Assembly: GCA_964016885.1 (NCBI GenBank)
Contig: OZ024744.1
Span: 117,800,001-117,864,000, forward strand
Source of the DNA: Eledone cirrhosa
Lineage: Eukaryota
Direction: 5' to 3'
DNA: 64,000 nucleotides
Shown piece by piece: positions 25,624 through 39,920 of this stretch (positions within the stretch are counted from its first letter, which is position 1; each line of letters starts with the position of its first letter). The notes under the pieces are model-generated. The model saw only the letters and a list, made by a program, of their open reading frames with translations. It ran no database searches and was not told the DNA's origin. The position numbers and the translations under genes are program-made.

Positions 25624-28600
25624 CATCATCATCATCATCATTTTACGTCCACTTTTCCCTGGTTGCAAGGGTGGGACGGGTCTTATTCAGCACAGCATCT
25701 CTCCACTCATCACGGTCCCTCGTCATCTCCACCGCGAGCTTCAATGATCTGAGGTCTGTTCTCACCACCTCCGCCCATGTTTTTTGTGGTCTACCTCTAC
25801 CACGTTTTCCTTCAACTGGCAATTCCTGGCACTTCTTCACCCATTGGTCATCCTCCATGCGCATCACATGTCCATACCACCTCAGTCTCCTCTCCCGTAC
25901 ACTACATTCTATCCCTCTCAGACACAGTTTCTCTCTCAACACATTTATGCTGGGTCGTTCACGCACATTTACACTACACATCCAACGGAGCATGCTTACC
26001 TCATTTCTCTCCAGCCGTCGCATATCCTCTGCAGTTGCTGCCCATGTCTCACTACCATGCAGCATCGCGCTCCTCACACAGGCATCATACAACCGGCCTT
26101 TCGTACGCAGGGAGAAACCCTTCGTCAACAGAGGAAGCAGCTCCCTAAACTTCTTCCAACCCATCCTTATTCTAGATACTATGGCCTCGGAACACCCTCC
26201 TCCCATGCTAATCTGATCTCCTAGGTGCCGGAGGCTATCCACCACTTCTATAGCGCCCTCCTGCATCTGAAAAATGTATTTATCAATGCGACTTCTACTG
26301 TCTAATTTCCCTGTACATCTACTGCATACATATTTCTCCCTACCTGTTAGTTTGCCTGCTATCCCGCTACATCTCTTGTGTACCCAGGATCTGCATTGTG
26401 TGCATTTTATAGAATTTATGCCAGTTCCTTTTCTGCATATCGAACATGGCCATTTCCCTGACGGAATTAGGGTTTTGTCCTCTTTTCTACTCATCAACAC
26501 TTTTGTCTTAGCTAGATTCACTCTCAGTCCTCTTGCTTCCAACTGCTGTTTCCATAGCCAGAATTTATTCTCTAACTCCTCTACTGATTCTGGTAGAAGA
26601 ACCAGATCGTCAGCATAGAGAAGTTCCCATGGACAGCCAGTCTTAAACTCCTCTGTAGTGGCTTGGAGGACTATAATGAACAAGAGCGGGCTGAGGACCG
26701 AACCCTGATGTACTCCTACTTGTATCTGGAATTCCTCACACCATTCCTACCCTGACTTTACTGAGAGTACCTCTGTACAAAGTTTGCACTGTCCTCACAA
26801 GCCATTCCTCAACACCTAGCTTCCTTAGGGACCACCAGATGACAGATCGAGGTACCCTATCAAAGGCCTTCTCTAGGTCAACAAAGGCTAAGTATAGTGG
26901 CTTATTCTTCTCTAAGAACCTCTCTTGCAATTGTCTCACCAGGAAGAGGGCATGTGTTGTACTCTTCCCAGGCACAAAACCAAACTGCATCTCATCTAGT
27001 TTGACCCTTTCTCTAATTAGTTGTGCTAAAATCCTTTCTGCCACTTTCATAACCTGATCTATCAGTTTTATACCCCTATAATTGCTCCTCTCCAAAGCAT
27101 CCCCTTTACCATTGTAGCAATTTATGAGAATACTGCTGCACCAGTCTTTGGGTATAACACCACCAAATATAGCCTGATTGATGATGCGTGCAACCAGTTT
27201 AGTGCCTACGTCCCCTGATGCCTTCAGCATCTCAGCAACTATTCCCGATCGTCCGGCAGCCTGACCATTTTTCATTTCCCTAATCGCCTCTTGGACCCAA
27301 TATTCGTCAATCTCAATAGCTGGTCCCTCTGTCGGATCTACCAAGGGTAATTTCTCTCCCTCCCATTTGTTCTCCACATTCATCAGTCTCTCATAATAAC
27401 ATTTCCAGGCCTCCTTTTTCTGATCATTCATGACACTAAGTACACCGGCATCATCCCGGACACATTTATCTCCAACAACATCCTGATTTGCATTGACACA
27501 CTGCCTTGCAATGTGGAACACCGCACGCCTCTGATCTTCCCGTCGCAGAACATTGGCAAACCTCCTACTCTCTGCCTCCCTGCATGCTAAGTACACCTGA
27601 CGTCTAGCTTCTCTCTTAGTGGCTGTATATTCTTCCCTACTTCCACCCTTTTTCCAAGCGTTCCATGCTAGTCTTTTGTCTCTAATAGCCTTATCTACTG
27701 TGCTGTTCCACCACCAGGTCACTCTCTGTCTGGTTGGAGCTCTGCTCCAGCCACAAGTTTCATCAGTAGCCTGCAGCAAGTTGTCACGTAAGAAATTCCA
27801 GTTATTATCTATGTCATATGTCTCTAAATCGTCTTCTTTTTCGTCATATACATCTTGAAGGGCTTTCCTAAATTTGTATTTTAGTGAAAGGTCTTTTAGC
27901 TTCCAGACCTTTCTTCTCCACACCTTTCTATATGTCTCATTCCATCTCTTGCCTACTGAGATATCACTAACAACTAACCTATGCTGTGGGGTACATTCTT
28001 CCCCAGGGTATGCCTTGGTATTAGACACTATCTACCTGTCTCGCTGCCTAACTAGTAAGAAGTCAATCTGGCTTATGTGCTCACCAGATTTGTAGGTTAT
28101 TAGGTGATTGGCAGGTTTCTGGAAGTTTGTGTTGCAAATAGTCAATGTACCTGCATCACAAAATTCAAGAAGTCTCACTCCTTCTTCATTTCTTGAACCG
28201 TAACCGTGCCCACCATGTACCCCCAGTGTAACCATCCTGGAGCTGTCCAACATGACCATTGAAGTCTCCTGCTAGCATAACGATGTCTCCGTCCTCTGTC
28301 ATTGCGGTTGTTTGCAAAAGTTGCTAATAAAAGAAGTCTTTCTCATCTTTGCCTAGGCCTGCTTGGGGAGCATAGGCCGAGATGATTGTCAGTAGTCTCC
28401 TACCTACAACTAATCTAAGCTTAATTATTCGATTACTAACTTGAACTACCTCTATTGTCTTATTGATCCATTTCTCAGCCAGGAAAATGCCTACTCCCCC
28501 TAACCCATCATCCTTACTACCCAGAATAGCTTATAGCTAAGATGTTTGCCTACGACTAGTCTCGCAGAGGCACCTCTCCATCTCACCTCTTGCACGCAGC

Positions 28601-28880
28601 ACACATCCACCTGCCTTCTCTCCAGCATCTCCGCTATTTCAGCAGATCTACCTCTGAGAGTGCCAACATTAAGTGTTACAACTCTGAGATGCGACGTCTT
28701 CATATTTTGTTGTTGTTCCTATTTGTTGCTGTGCTGATAAGCGTTTTGGCATTGATACACTGGTTGGATGCCCTTCCTAACACCAGCGCCACTTTACAGC
28801 ATGGACTGGATGCTTTTATTTGTGCCACCAGCACTAGAGAGGATGTCTTACTAGACTCAAGGGCCCTCTCTACCCCTCCA
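25624..28880 (-). mobile_element. Near full-length RTE-clade LINE (RTE-A): 5' UTR, APE endonuclease, RT, (atg)n tail; inactivated
   Basis: TLNVGTL...CVQEVRWRG, GDFNGHVG, SQIDF, QHRLV, DLEKAFD and LLYADD; breaks near 28500, 28030 and 26736. Confidence 0.95.
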
Positions 28881-29412
28881 TTTTACAGCATGGTCATTAA
28901 AAAAAAAATTTAAAAAACTTAGACACGACGCACACACACACACACACACACTCATACACCGACACTCATGCATACAAACCACAACCACACACACGCCACT
29001 CACATACCAACACTCATTCATGCATACAAACACACACACCACTCACAAACACACACATATATATATATATTACCGGCAGTACTGATACAAATACAAAATC
29101 AAAATCAATATCATGTCAACTGTTGACCTTTCCCAGTCCAGTTCAGCTTGTATATAATAATAATAATAATTGTTTGCTTTATGCTGGTAATGGCGGTGGT
29201 GAATGGTGGTGGATGGTGTCAGTGTGGTGGTAGTGGATGGTCAGTGATGGTGGTGGCAGTTGTTGGTGCTGTAGTTGTTATTGTAGTTGCTGTTGCTGTT
29301 GCTGTTGTTGTTGTTCTTCATTTCACAGCTGCTGTTGCTGCAGACAATGGTGTTGATTCTGTTATTGCTGTCGCATATATACAAATACATACATACACAC
29401 ACATTCAACACA

Positions 29413-31355
29413 GACAAGGGTTAATTTTATACTGGCTCCCACCGCATGTGCAATCATTTTCTTTAGTTCATCGTGGTTTTCGGGGGTCCGTATGGCTCTG
29501 GTCCACCCGTTCCATCTATCTATGTGGGTTTTCTTGGCCATTGAGGTAATGGTAGGTGGTCTGCCTCTTGCTGGTCTTGTAGGGCACAGGTTGCTAAGGT
29601 CATATGTATCTAGATAATCATTACTATAGGTAAGTTTAAGTAGGAGTCCCAGCTCACTGGTATCAATCCCACGGAATTCAACATTATTCTCACTGATCAT
29701 TTCTACGCATTTCTCCACAGCAAAGTTCACGTCAGTGGATGGATACAAGGACACAACATCCATACTTCCTATTATGCAGTCTGTCAAGTCCCTAGATCGG
29801 TTTCTTTTGCTGATTCTGCTGAGGAGGTCCTCTGTGCTGTCACATATATCTGGGGACATTTCAATAATGGGGCGTATGATCAGGGAGAGGAAGTAGGAAA
29901 GTCTGTAGTTACTAGCAATGTTAGCTCCACAGACTGGCCGTGTTGGTGGTCCCGCGACAGGGTCACAGCCCGTTTTATGGTCTTTTCGAAGCCCATACAA
30001 CGCCGGCACGTCATTGTTCCAGGCCTGGAAGTTGTTGGCAGTCCTTTTGTTGGGCTGCATTATGTTTGTCCACATCATCATATGGGCATTGTGGGATTTC
30101 TCCCTATCATCATGCTCTTGTGGTGTTACTTCTCTTGTGTTAGTGATGTGGGGTTGCATTGCCTGGATGTAGTTTGGCAGGCTGTCAACCGACATTCTGC
30201 TAGACTTGTCTGTTGGAAAGCATGCAATCTCTCCATTATGCGAGCACTGCATGAGCTTACGCAAGCCATTTGCAGATTTTTCTCCCAGTTGCTGGGCCTC
30301 CATTCTATTTTGCTTCTTGCTATACTGTTCTATAATATTTCTAAGTTTAGATCTAGCTATACTAAATTGTGCTTCTGTTTGTTCATCGACCTGCGACGGC
30401 AATTGCGTGCGTTTGTTAAAAGCTAAAGTCGTGGCGTGGACTCGTCGCAGGCCGAACGACTTATCGGAGGGATTATAAAAAGTAGAGTTCCAGGCTGCTG
30501 CTTTATGTGTACTATTGCTATTGTTAGTTGTGTTGTTTCTATTTCTATTTCCACCAACAGCCTCATGGTTGTTTCTATGTCTCTCATTATTACTCCTGTC
30601 TCTTTCCTCTGGCTCATTGTTATTATCTACTCTATTTTGTGTGTCTGTGTGTTCGTCCTGGTTATTTTCTCTGTCAGTATCGATAGTCTCCTTTCTTCTT
30701 TCAATCTCATTACCTTCCCTTACTTCTGTGTTACTGTCATTACCTGTTTTCTGTGTCTGTGTGTTTAAGATTGTGGTGGTGGTGAGAGGCATAAAATGTG
30801 TGTTGTTGTTGTTGTTGATGTGTGTTGTTGTTGTCTCCGTGTGTTATTATTGTTGTGTGGGTTGTTATTGTTGTTTGTGTCTGTGTGTCTGTTGATGTTG
30901 TTTCTGGGTATGTTATTATTGTTGATGTGTGTGTTGTTGTTATCGTTGTTTGTGTCTGTGTGTCTGTTGTTGTTGGGATGTATGTTGTATGTGTGTGTGT
31001 GTGTATGTTGTTATTATTGTTACTTTTGTTTTTGTTTTTGAGGCTCCAACCTAATTTTGTAAATGATTTTTCTATTTCTGACAAGCATTTTATCATATTT
31101 ACCTTATTATATGTGGCATATTTAAGTGGTAGTTGTAATATCGATAATTCATCAGTCGACTGTAGTGTTGCCGTATATATTTGTGTTGTTGTTGAATTCA
31201 TCTGTTAATGAGATGTCGGCCATATTTATCCCGTCAATTTTGTCAGGAAATCTATCGATATTCTCAAAAGTATCTTGATCTAGTTTCATCTGTTTGAGCC
31301 ATCTTAGTTTCTTGTTAAAGTGCTTGTCACATTCTTGAACAATGTTCTTTTCTTC
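29413..31355 (-). pseudogene. PLE N-terminal region + RT N-terminal half
   Basis: PTDKS, LYGLRKDHK, PTRPVC, GSMDVVSLYPS; low-complexity insertions and frameshifts. Confidence 0.82.
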
Positions 31356-31487
31356 AAGACATATATAAACACACACAGGCACCCAGATGTAACACATGCA
31401 CAAACTAAGCACACAACACACACACAAAAACAAGATGGCGTAGGACATAACAAAGGAGAGGCACAAAAAACAAAGAAAAGAATCCCC

Positions 31488-31532
31488 AGTCACCGAAGAG
31501 GTCACAGAATGTGTGACGAAAGAACTTTGACA
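31488..31532 (+). ncRNA. Hammerhead with mutated core (CCGAAGA)
   Basis: agtca CCGAAGA g gtcaca-gaatg-tgtgac GAAA gaac TT tgaca. Confidence 0.6.
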
Positions 31533-32035
31533 ATATATAAACAACCATCTGGTTGTGGAACCAACCAACTGGAAATTTATAAATTCCTAAATTTATAAAT
31601 TTATTATAATAAATTGAAGTGAAAGCAACTGGTGCGTGTGTTTCTTATTGGCAACATGACCCTCCCAAAGTATAACAATATCGGTTTCAACACACGTTTT
31701 CAGATAAAGAATCTTGCTAAACAAATTCAGAAACGAAATATGTATATATATATATATGTGTATATATATGTATATATATATATATATATATATGTATATC
31801 TATCTATATATATATATATATAAAATATAAAGGTTAACATATACATAAAGTTATAGATATATACATGTTGCAACTGGTCCCTTTTAAGCTCTACGTTCGG
31901 TTATTTGTCGGAGATTTCTCCATAAGAGCATTTATTCTTATAGCTTGTTCTAATTGGTTTTTTATATGGTTAATCATGCTAATTAGAAGAAGAAATAGTA
32001 TATATTTTATCTGATGATTCTAAAGACATGATTTA

Positions 32036-32066
<31 letters not shown>

Positions 32067-32070
<4 letters not shown>

Positions 32071-33142
32071 GCACATTTTTAATGCATTTTCTGACGCTTG
32101 CACTGCCCTGGGTCTGACTGTCAGTCTCAAGAAAACCGTCATCATGTACCAACCTGCCCCTAGTAAGCAGTACACTGAACCAAACATCTATGTGTATGGC
32201 AAACGACTTGGAGTGGTTGATCAGTTTGTCTACCTGGGAAGCACTGTCAATCGATACAGCAACCTTGACAGTGAAATCTCACTTAGGATTAGGAAAGCAA
32301 GTGATGCTTTCGGAAAGCTAGAAAGGCGACTCTGGGGTCGGCGAGACATATGCAGGAGGACAAAGGTAAAGGTGTACAGGGCATGTGTGCTCTCTTGTCT
32401 TCTTTATGCCTGCGAGACCTGGGTCACATATCGACACCACCTTAAGCAATTGGAGCGTTTCCATCGGATGTGTCTCAGACGGATCCATGGCGTTCACTGG
32501 AGGGACCACATCAGTGATGTCGAGATTTTGGAAAGCTCTATGTGTGACAGTATAGAAGCTCTTGTGCTTAAGCAACGACTCCGTTGGAGTGGTCACCTTG
32601 CCAGGATGAAGGATTCTAGAATACCAAATAAGGATTCCTTGAAAGCCTCTCTGAAAGACGCTAACATCTCTGCTGATACATGGGAGAATATTGCTGCTGA
32701 TCGTAATAAATGGAGAAAGACTGTATATGAGGGAAAAGTTGCCTTTGAGGCATCTCGAATCGCATACAAGAAAGTAAAGCGGGATGTAAGGAAGGGCATT
32801 GCTGTTGCACTTCCAGATGGCGAGGGTCCTCCTATGGTGCTGACAGGCAGCGTATGTGCGAGACTCTGCCTAAGCAAAGCTGGACTCGAAAGTCATCTTC
32901 GCAGTCATAAACTGAGACCAGTGGTTGACTACCAGGCTGCTGTTGGAGATGCTACTCATCATGCTTGCCAAACATGTGGTAGAGAATGTAAATCAGCAGG
33001 AGGGCTCAAGCGACATGCAAAAGTACACGAACTCAAACCACAGCCGACTATTCCCAGTGAATGTTTTGGTTGCCGACTCTGTGCAAGACATTTTAGATCA
33101 TTGGATGGGCTAAAAAGCCACATTCAATCGCAGCGCTGTTAG
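32067..33142 (+). mobile_element. 5'-truncated RTE (BovB-like) LINE with three C-terminal C2H2-type zinc fingers
   Basis: GLTVSLKKT, FVYLGS, LLYACETW and RLRWSGH; then CQTCGRECKSAGGLKRHAKVH plus two degenerate fingers. Confidence 0.85.
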
Positions 33143-33281
33143 TTGCTATCTGTGTGTGTGTGTGTGTGTGTAGATATGCTTATGTGTGTGCGTGTGTGTG
33201 CATATATGTATATGTATATTATTATTGTTGTCGTTATTATTATTATTGTTATTAATGTATGTGTGTGTGTATATGTGTATG

Positions 33282-33312
<31 letters not shown>

Positions 33313-33448
33313 CTATTTCCTCTCTCTATATATCTCTCTCTGTTTCTTTACATGAAGTTCTTCTCTTTATCTATCTTTCTATCTCTCTATTTTGTTGCAT
33401 GCATTTCTTCTTTTTCTTCTTTTTCTTCGTTTTCTTTCTTTCTTTCCT

Positions 33449-33503
<55 letters not shown>

Positions 33504-33599
33504 GTTTACAATTTTTCACTGCCAAATCAACTTTTTCAAATACAAGTCGATGTTGAACGGTATGTCAAATCTATTTATCTATAAAACTGTCTATATTGT

Positions 33600-33663
33600 A
33601 TTTTGTCTGAAGAAGGCATAACATATTGTTAATATGATATCCCTGAAATATATATAATGAAAT
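33600..33663 (+). ncRNA. Hammerhead ribozyme, 5' pLTR
   Basis: attttgt CTGAAGA aggcataacatatt-gtt-aatatgatatccct GAAA tatata TA atgaaat. Confidence 0.85.
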
Positions 33664-33842
33664 AAATATGGTTTTATAAATATAGTTTCCATTTATTTAA
33701 TATCGTAAATATACTCCAAATACTTGTTGAGTGTTTTTATATCAGTTATAAATATTTACTAGTTGTAACCCAACAATTTAAATATAACTTTCCATGTATC
33801 TTGCTCCAATACTGTTGAGCGCTTTATATTATAACTGAAAAA

Positions 33843-36055
33843 ATGGAATTCTTTAAGATTACTTCCTCTTTAAAAGACATACCTCTACCTAGAAACAAAG
33901 ACTTTATAAAACAATTAATAGATAAATCTGACTCTTTTATAAGGAGAATCAGGTGGCGAGCATTCCACTTTGATAAATCTAATATAAATGAAAATGTCTC
34001 GGACTTAAACAAATTTTCAAATCTAAAAGAAATCCACCCCCTAACAAACTTTTATCTGACTTTGAAAACGATATAATTTCTATCATACAAGGGGTCAAAT
34101 TCAAGAGAAACTTCAAAGGCCAGGAATATCTGAAAGGCATTAAGGATAATATTGAGAGCTTAGAGAAAACTGAGAAGATCTTGGTGAAATCTGACAAGAC
34201 CAACAACCTCTATGGAGTGCAGAAAGACATGTATAATGGCCTCATACTGAAGGAACTGAGGAAAAAGTACAAGGTAGCAGATAAGGCCGAGCTTGAGAAA
34301 ATGAATGTTGAAGCATCTTGTATAATGCACGAGTTGGAAATTGAGAACAGAACACAACCTTTCGTGCCCAGGAAACCGAAGATCAATATGAAAGATCACA
34401 AAAGGAATTTTGAAAATGACTTGCCAGTTAGATTGATCGCACCATCAAAATCGGACCTGGGCAAATTAAGCAAAAACATTCTTGACAGGGTGATACAGCA
34501 AATTAAAAACTTGGATTGTTTACCTAACCTGAGCTTGTGGAAGGTAACTGGAGAGGTTGTTGAGTGGTTTAAGCATATTAAATATAACAATAATAATAAG
34601 TTTATTCAACTTGATATTGCTAACTATTATTCTTCTATTACCCCTAATCTACTAAATAAGGCACTAAATTACGCATTCAAACATACAGACCTAACTAGCA
34701 ATGAAATGCACATTATATTATCGGCTAGGAAAACATTGATAGAATTTAATGACCAACTATGGACTAGAGCAGATAGAGATAGCAATTTTGACATTACTAT
34801 GGGATCATCCGACTCAGCTCAGGTAACTGACCTTGTGGGCTTATTTTTAATCAATTCGCTACATAGGAAAATACCTGGTACTACCGGAGGTTTATATAGA
34901 GATGACATGCCTTTACTTATTGATAATAATAACTCTGAACTAAATAGAAAAAGAAAACAAATTACACAATTTTTTAATTACTTTAATCTAAAAATAGAAA
35001 TTGAGAACAACCATAGAATAGTCAATTTCCTAGATATAACATTAAATCTCAACACATGTCTTCACTATCCATTTCACAAGTTGAATGAAAACTTAAACTA
35101 TGTCAGCTTTAACTCTAACCACCCCAGATCTGTCAAAAACACTATAGTAAACTCTGTTCAAAAACGTATCTCTAGAATCTCGTCTAATAGAAAGATTTTC
35201 GACGAAAAAGCCCAGTACTACAATGAAGCGTTAGCTAGAGCAGGATATAGTGATAAGATTATGTACATAGATAATGATAGACAAACTAAACAAAATAACA
35301 ACTATTTTAATTACGGCCACAACCTTAACAACTATAATAGAAAGCATTACAATAATTCCAAAAGCCAAAAAAGAAATAGAACTAGGAACATAATATGGTT
35401 TGCCCCCCCTTTCTCACTAAACATTAAAACCCACATCGCTAAACTATTTTTTAAAGCTCTTGATAATCGCTTCCCTAGAACACATAGGTATCACTCAATT
35501 TTCAATAGACATACTATAAAATTAACCTACTCATCCACCAAAAATTTAGCACAAAATATTAATAGAATAAATAATAGGAACTTAAAACCTAGCGATAATA
35601 GCATAAATAATATACAAGTTAACAAATGTAACTGTAGAGATAGATCTAAATGTCCGTTAAATAACAACTGCTTAGTTAAAAATATAATATACAACTGTAA
35701 TGTTTAAACGGACTCTAATTCTTTTAACTACGTCGGTTCCACATCGATGGAATTTAAACTTCGCTATAATAACCACAAGAATTCTTTCACAGATCCAAGC
35801 AAAAAATCTTCAACAGCACTATCAGGCGTACTCTGGCAACTTAGGCAAGATAACGTTAGATATTCGACGGCTTGGAATATAGTCTCAAGAGGGATTCCTT
35901 TTAATTCATCCTCTGAGACATGTGACCTCTGCGCGGAGGAGATATTCTTTATACTAAAATCTAAAAATTCCCTTAATCTACGGACAAATTTATTCAGTTG
36001 CTGCAAACATAGATTGAACTCAACTTTTAAATATAAATTTAAATTTAAAATGTAG
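33843..36055 (+). pseudogene. Naiad-type RT + GIY-YIG ORF with two frameshifts (~34010, ~35704)
   Basis: SLKDIP...RIRWRA, SDKT, VRLIAPSKS, GLYRDD, NFLDITL, CNCRDRSKCPL...NIIY...YVGST, CDLCAEE, LNLR...CCKH. Confidence 0.9.
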
Positions 36056-36517
36056 TATATTTAGTTTGATTTGTAATTATTTGGGAAACTAGCCGATAAA
36101 TCTTTCGATTTCTTCTTTTTTTCTTCTTTTTATTTTAATTTTTATTTTAAACATTCTTCATGAAAAATTAAACTACCCTAAAAGTTGATGCTCCAAATAT
36201 ATCGAATAAACGTTACACTAGATAAACTTCTATATTAAATATAAGAACATATGTAGAACAAATGGGCATCCTAAACTTTTGAAATGATTTCTGCTAGACG
36301 CGATTTGGTAAATAATTTTTAGCTTTATCTGTTTTCGACTCTGATGCTTATAATGAACTTGGCAATATATTGTCAATTAATTTTGAAGGGTTGATCTTTG
36401 TGGTCGATTTGCGTGGCATATTATGTTTTTATTTTTATTATTTTAATATTTTTTAATATTTTTAATATTTTCATTTTTAATATGTAATATTTTTTAGTTT
36501 TCTATTTTATTTATTTG

Positions 36518-36562
<45 letters not shown>

Positions 36563-37408
36563 TTTTGTTTTTGTTTCTGATATTTTTATTAATATATTGA
36601 AATCTGTCCTCTATTTCTGCTTGATAGATAATCATGTAGAGTAAAGACAAGAATAGTATTGTTAAAATTAATATAGACTCTATATATATATGTATATATA
36701 CACATATATGTATACTTAAATTTTTATAGCACAATGAGAATGTTCTCCGTGTTAAATAGGGGTTTGCAGAGTTGATCACGTAAATTCACATCGATGTTTG
36801 TAGTTATCATATAAACATATGAATTTTTAAAACTAGACATAAGATCATTACTTTTCACACATTATAGATACGTGTCTCATTCAGGAATACTGATATTTAC
36901 ATTATAGTGCCTGGTTTTTATACGAACTAATATTTCTACATTAAAACATAGGGTTTTTAAATTCAGCCTCGCCTATGTCTGGTTACTTTTCATTTTTCTC
37001 TCTATATAACGGCTGGTTTCTTTCCTAACCACATATATCTCCCTTACATTAATACTAGAGCTAAATAAATAAATAAATAAATAAATGTATCATTGATACG
37101 TCTTTCAACGGATGTTCAACTACCTACTTTTCTCTATATATATCTATCTCTATCTATTTCCTCTCTCTATATATCTCTCTCTGTTTCTTTACATGAAGTT
37201 CTTCTCTTTATCTATCTTTCCATCTCTCTATTTTGTTGCATGCATTTCTTCTTTTTCTTCTTTTTCTTCGTTTTCTTTCTTTCTTTCCTTCTTTCTTTCT
37301 TTCTTTCTTTCTGTTTACAATTTTTCACTGCCAAATCAACTTTTTCAAATACAAGTCGATGTTGAACGGTATGTCAAATCTATTTATCTATAAAACTGTC
37401 TATATTGT

Positions 37409-37472
37409 ATTTTGTCTGAAGAAGGCATAACATATTGTTAATATGATATCCCTGAAATATATATAATGAAAT
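37409..37472 (+). ncRNA. Hammerhead ribozyme, 3' pLTR
   Basis: Identical to 33600-33663. Confidence 0.85.
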
Positions 37473-37639
37473 AAATATGGTTTTATAAATATAGTTTCCA
37501 TTTATTTAATATCGTATATATATATATATATATATTTCTTTTATTTTTTTTATTTTTATTTATTTATTATTATTATTTTTTTTTATTGTTCTTTCTCCTC
37601 GTGCAATGGCCATACTCGATAACGAGGGGGCAGCCATCA

Positions 37640-37665
37640 TATATATATGTATGTATGTATATATG

Positions 37666-37697
<32 letters not shown>

Positions 37698-38168
37698 TAT
37701 ATATGTATGTATATATATATATATGTATGTATATATATATATGTATGTATATATATATATATGTATGTATATATATATATATGTATGTATATATATATAT
37801 ATGTATGTATATATATATATATGTATGTATATATATATATATGTATGTATATATATATATATGTATGTATATATATATATATGTATGTATATATATATAT
37901 ATGTATGTATATATATATATATGTATGTATATATATATATATGTATGTATATATATATATATGTATGCATATATATATATATTATGTATATATATATATA
38001 TATTATATATATATATATGTATGTATATATATATATATGTATGTATATATATATATATATGTATGTATGTATATATATATATATTATGTATATATATATG
38101 TATGTATATATATATGTATGTATGTATATATATATATATGTATGTATGTATATATATATGTATGTATG

Positions 38169-38199
<31 letters not shown>

Positions 38200-38473
38200 G
38201 TATGTATGTATATATATATGTATGTATGTATATATATATATATGTATATATATATGTATGTATGTATATATATATATATGTATGTATATATATATATATG
38301 TATGTATATATATATATATATGTATGTATATAAATATATGTATATGTATGTATATATATGTATATATATACATATATATGTATGTATATAAATATATGTA
38401 TATGTATGTATATATATATGTATATATATACATATATATATATATACATACATATATATATGTATATATATAC

Positions 38474-38530
<57 letters not shown>

Positions 38531-38611
38531 CATACATATATATATAAATATATATACATATATACATATATATATATGTATATATGTATATATATATATG
38601 TATGTGTATAT

Positions 38612-38645
<34 letters not shown>

Positions 38646-38685
38646 GTATATATATATATGTATATATATGTATATATATATATAT

Positions 38686-38719
<34 letters not shown>

Positions 38720-38908
38720 ATGTATATGTATATATATGTATGTATATGTATATATATGTATATATATGTATATATATATGTATATATATGTATATATATA
38801 TATATATATGTATATATATGTATATATATATATATATGTATATATATGTATATATATATGTATATATATATGTATATATGTATATATATATATATGTATA
38901 TATATATG

Positions 38909-38946
<38 letters not shown>

Positions 38947-39188
38947 TATATGTATTTATATATATGTATATATATATATGTATATATATATATGTATATA
39001 TATATATATGTATATATATGTATATATATATGTATATATATATATGTATATATATATATGTATATATATCTATATATATATATATGTATATATGTATATA
39101 TATATGTATATATATATATGTATATATATATATGTATATATATATGTATATATATATATGTATATATATATATGTATATATATATATG

Positions 39189-39220
<32 letters not shown>

Positions 39221-39278
39221 TATGTGTATATATATGTATATATATATATGTATATATATATATGTATATATATATATG

Positions 39279-39310
<32 letters not shown>

Positions 39311-39398
39311 TGAATATATATATATGTATATATATATATGAATATATATATATGTATATATATATATGAATATATATATATGTATATATATATATCTG

Positions 39399-39481
<83 letters not shown>

Positions 39482-39482
39482 G

Positions 39483-39529
<47 letters not shown>

Positions 39530-39586
39530 GTTATATATATATATATATATATATTTATGTATATGTATATATATATGTATATATAT
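37640..39586. repeat. ~1.9 kb degenerate (TA)n array; 20-bp higher-order unit at 37681-37965
   Basis: (atgtatgtatatatatatat)n with minor variants, then irregular TA/TG. Confidence 0.97.
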
Positions 39587-39920
39587 GGTGCCAAAGGTCC
39601 CGTCTTCCACATCTAGAATAAGGAGCAGGTATTGCAATAGCCTGGGATTCAAGGGCCCTCAACTCTTCAACAGGCTGCCGAGGCATCTGCGAGACTTGCA
39701 TGACGTGGAGGTGGATGTCTTTAAGAAACATCTCGACACCTTGTTATCCAGGATCCCGGATGAGCCCACAGCAAGACACGAGGGAAACCTAAGGGCAGCA
39801 GAACAAACTCCCTCCTACACCAGTGGCCAACCTATACAGGCTGGAGATAAAATGTGTAGCAACAAGGGCGGTGCCCCAGCATGGCCTCAGCCGGATGGCT
39901 GAAACAGGTAAAAGAGTAAA

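Larger units (their letters stand above)
23926..31740 (-). mobile_element. Second, decayed Penelope-like element with inverted pLTRs (23926-24245 / 31360-31680), interrupted by RTE-A
   Basis: RT and GIY-YIG fragments are collinear on the minus strand between inverted HHR-bearing repeats. The right copy has a ~60 bp tail extension. Confidence 0.88.
33310..37515 (+). mobile_element. Penelope-like element, Naiad-type, with direct pLTRs (33310-33706 / 37150-37515)
   Basis: Near-identical direct repeats, each with an HHR, flank the ORF and ~1.1 kb 3' UTR; (TA)n on both sides. Confidence 0.92.

Noticed and set aside
32004-32040. Hammerhead at ttttatCTGATGA
   Set aside because: There is no GAAA or stem III before the (TA)n, so it is at most a truncated half.
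33843-36055. Selenocysteine recoding, as reported for some Naiad PLEs
   Set aside because: The ORF breaks are frameshifts, I saw no in-frame TGA at Cys positions, and I identified no SECIS.
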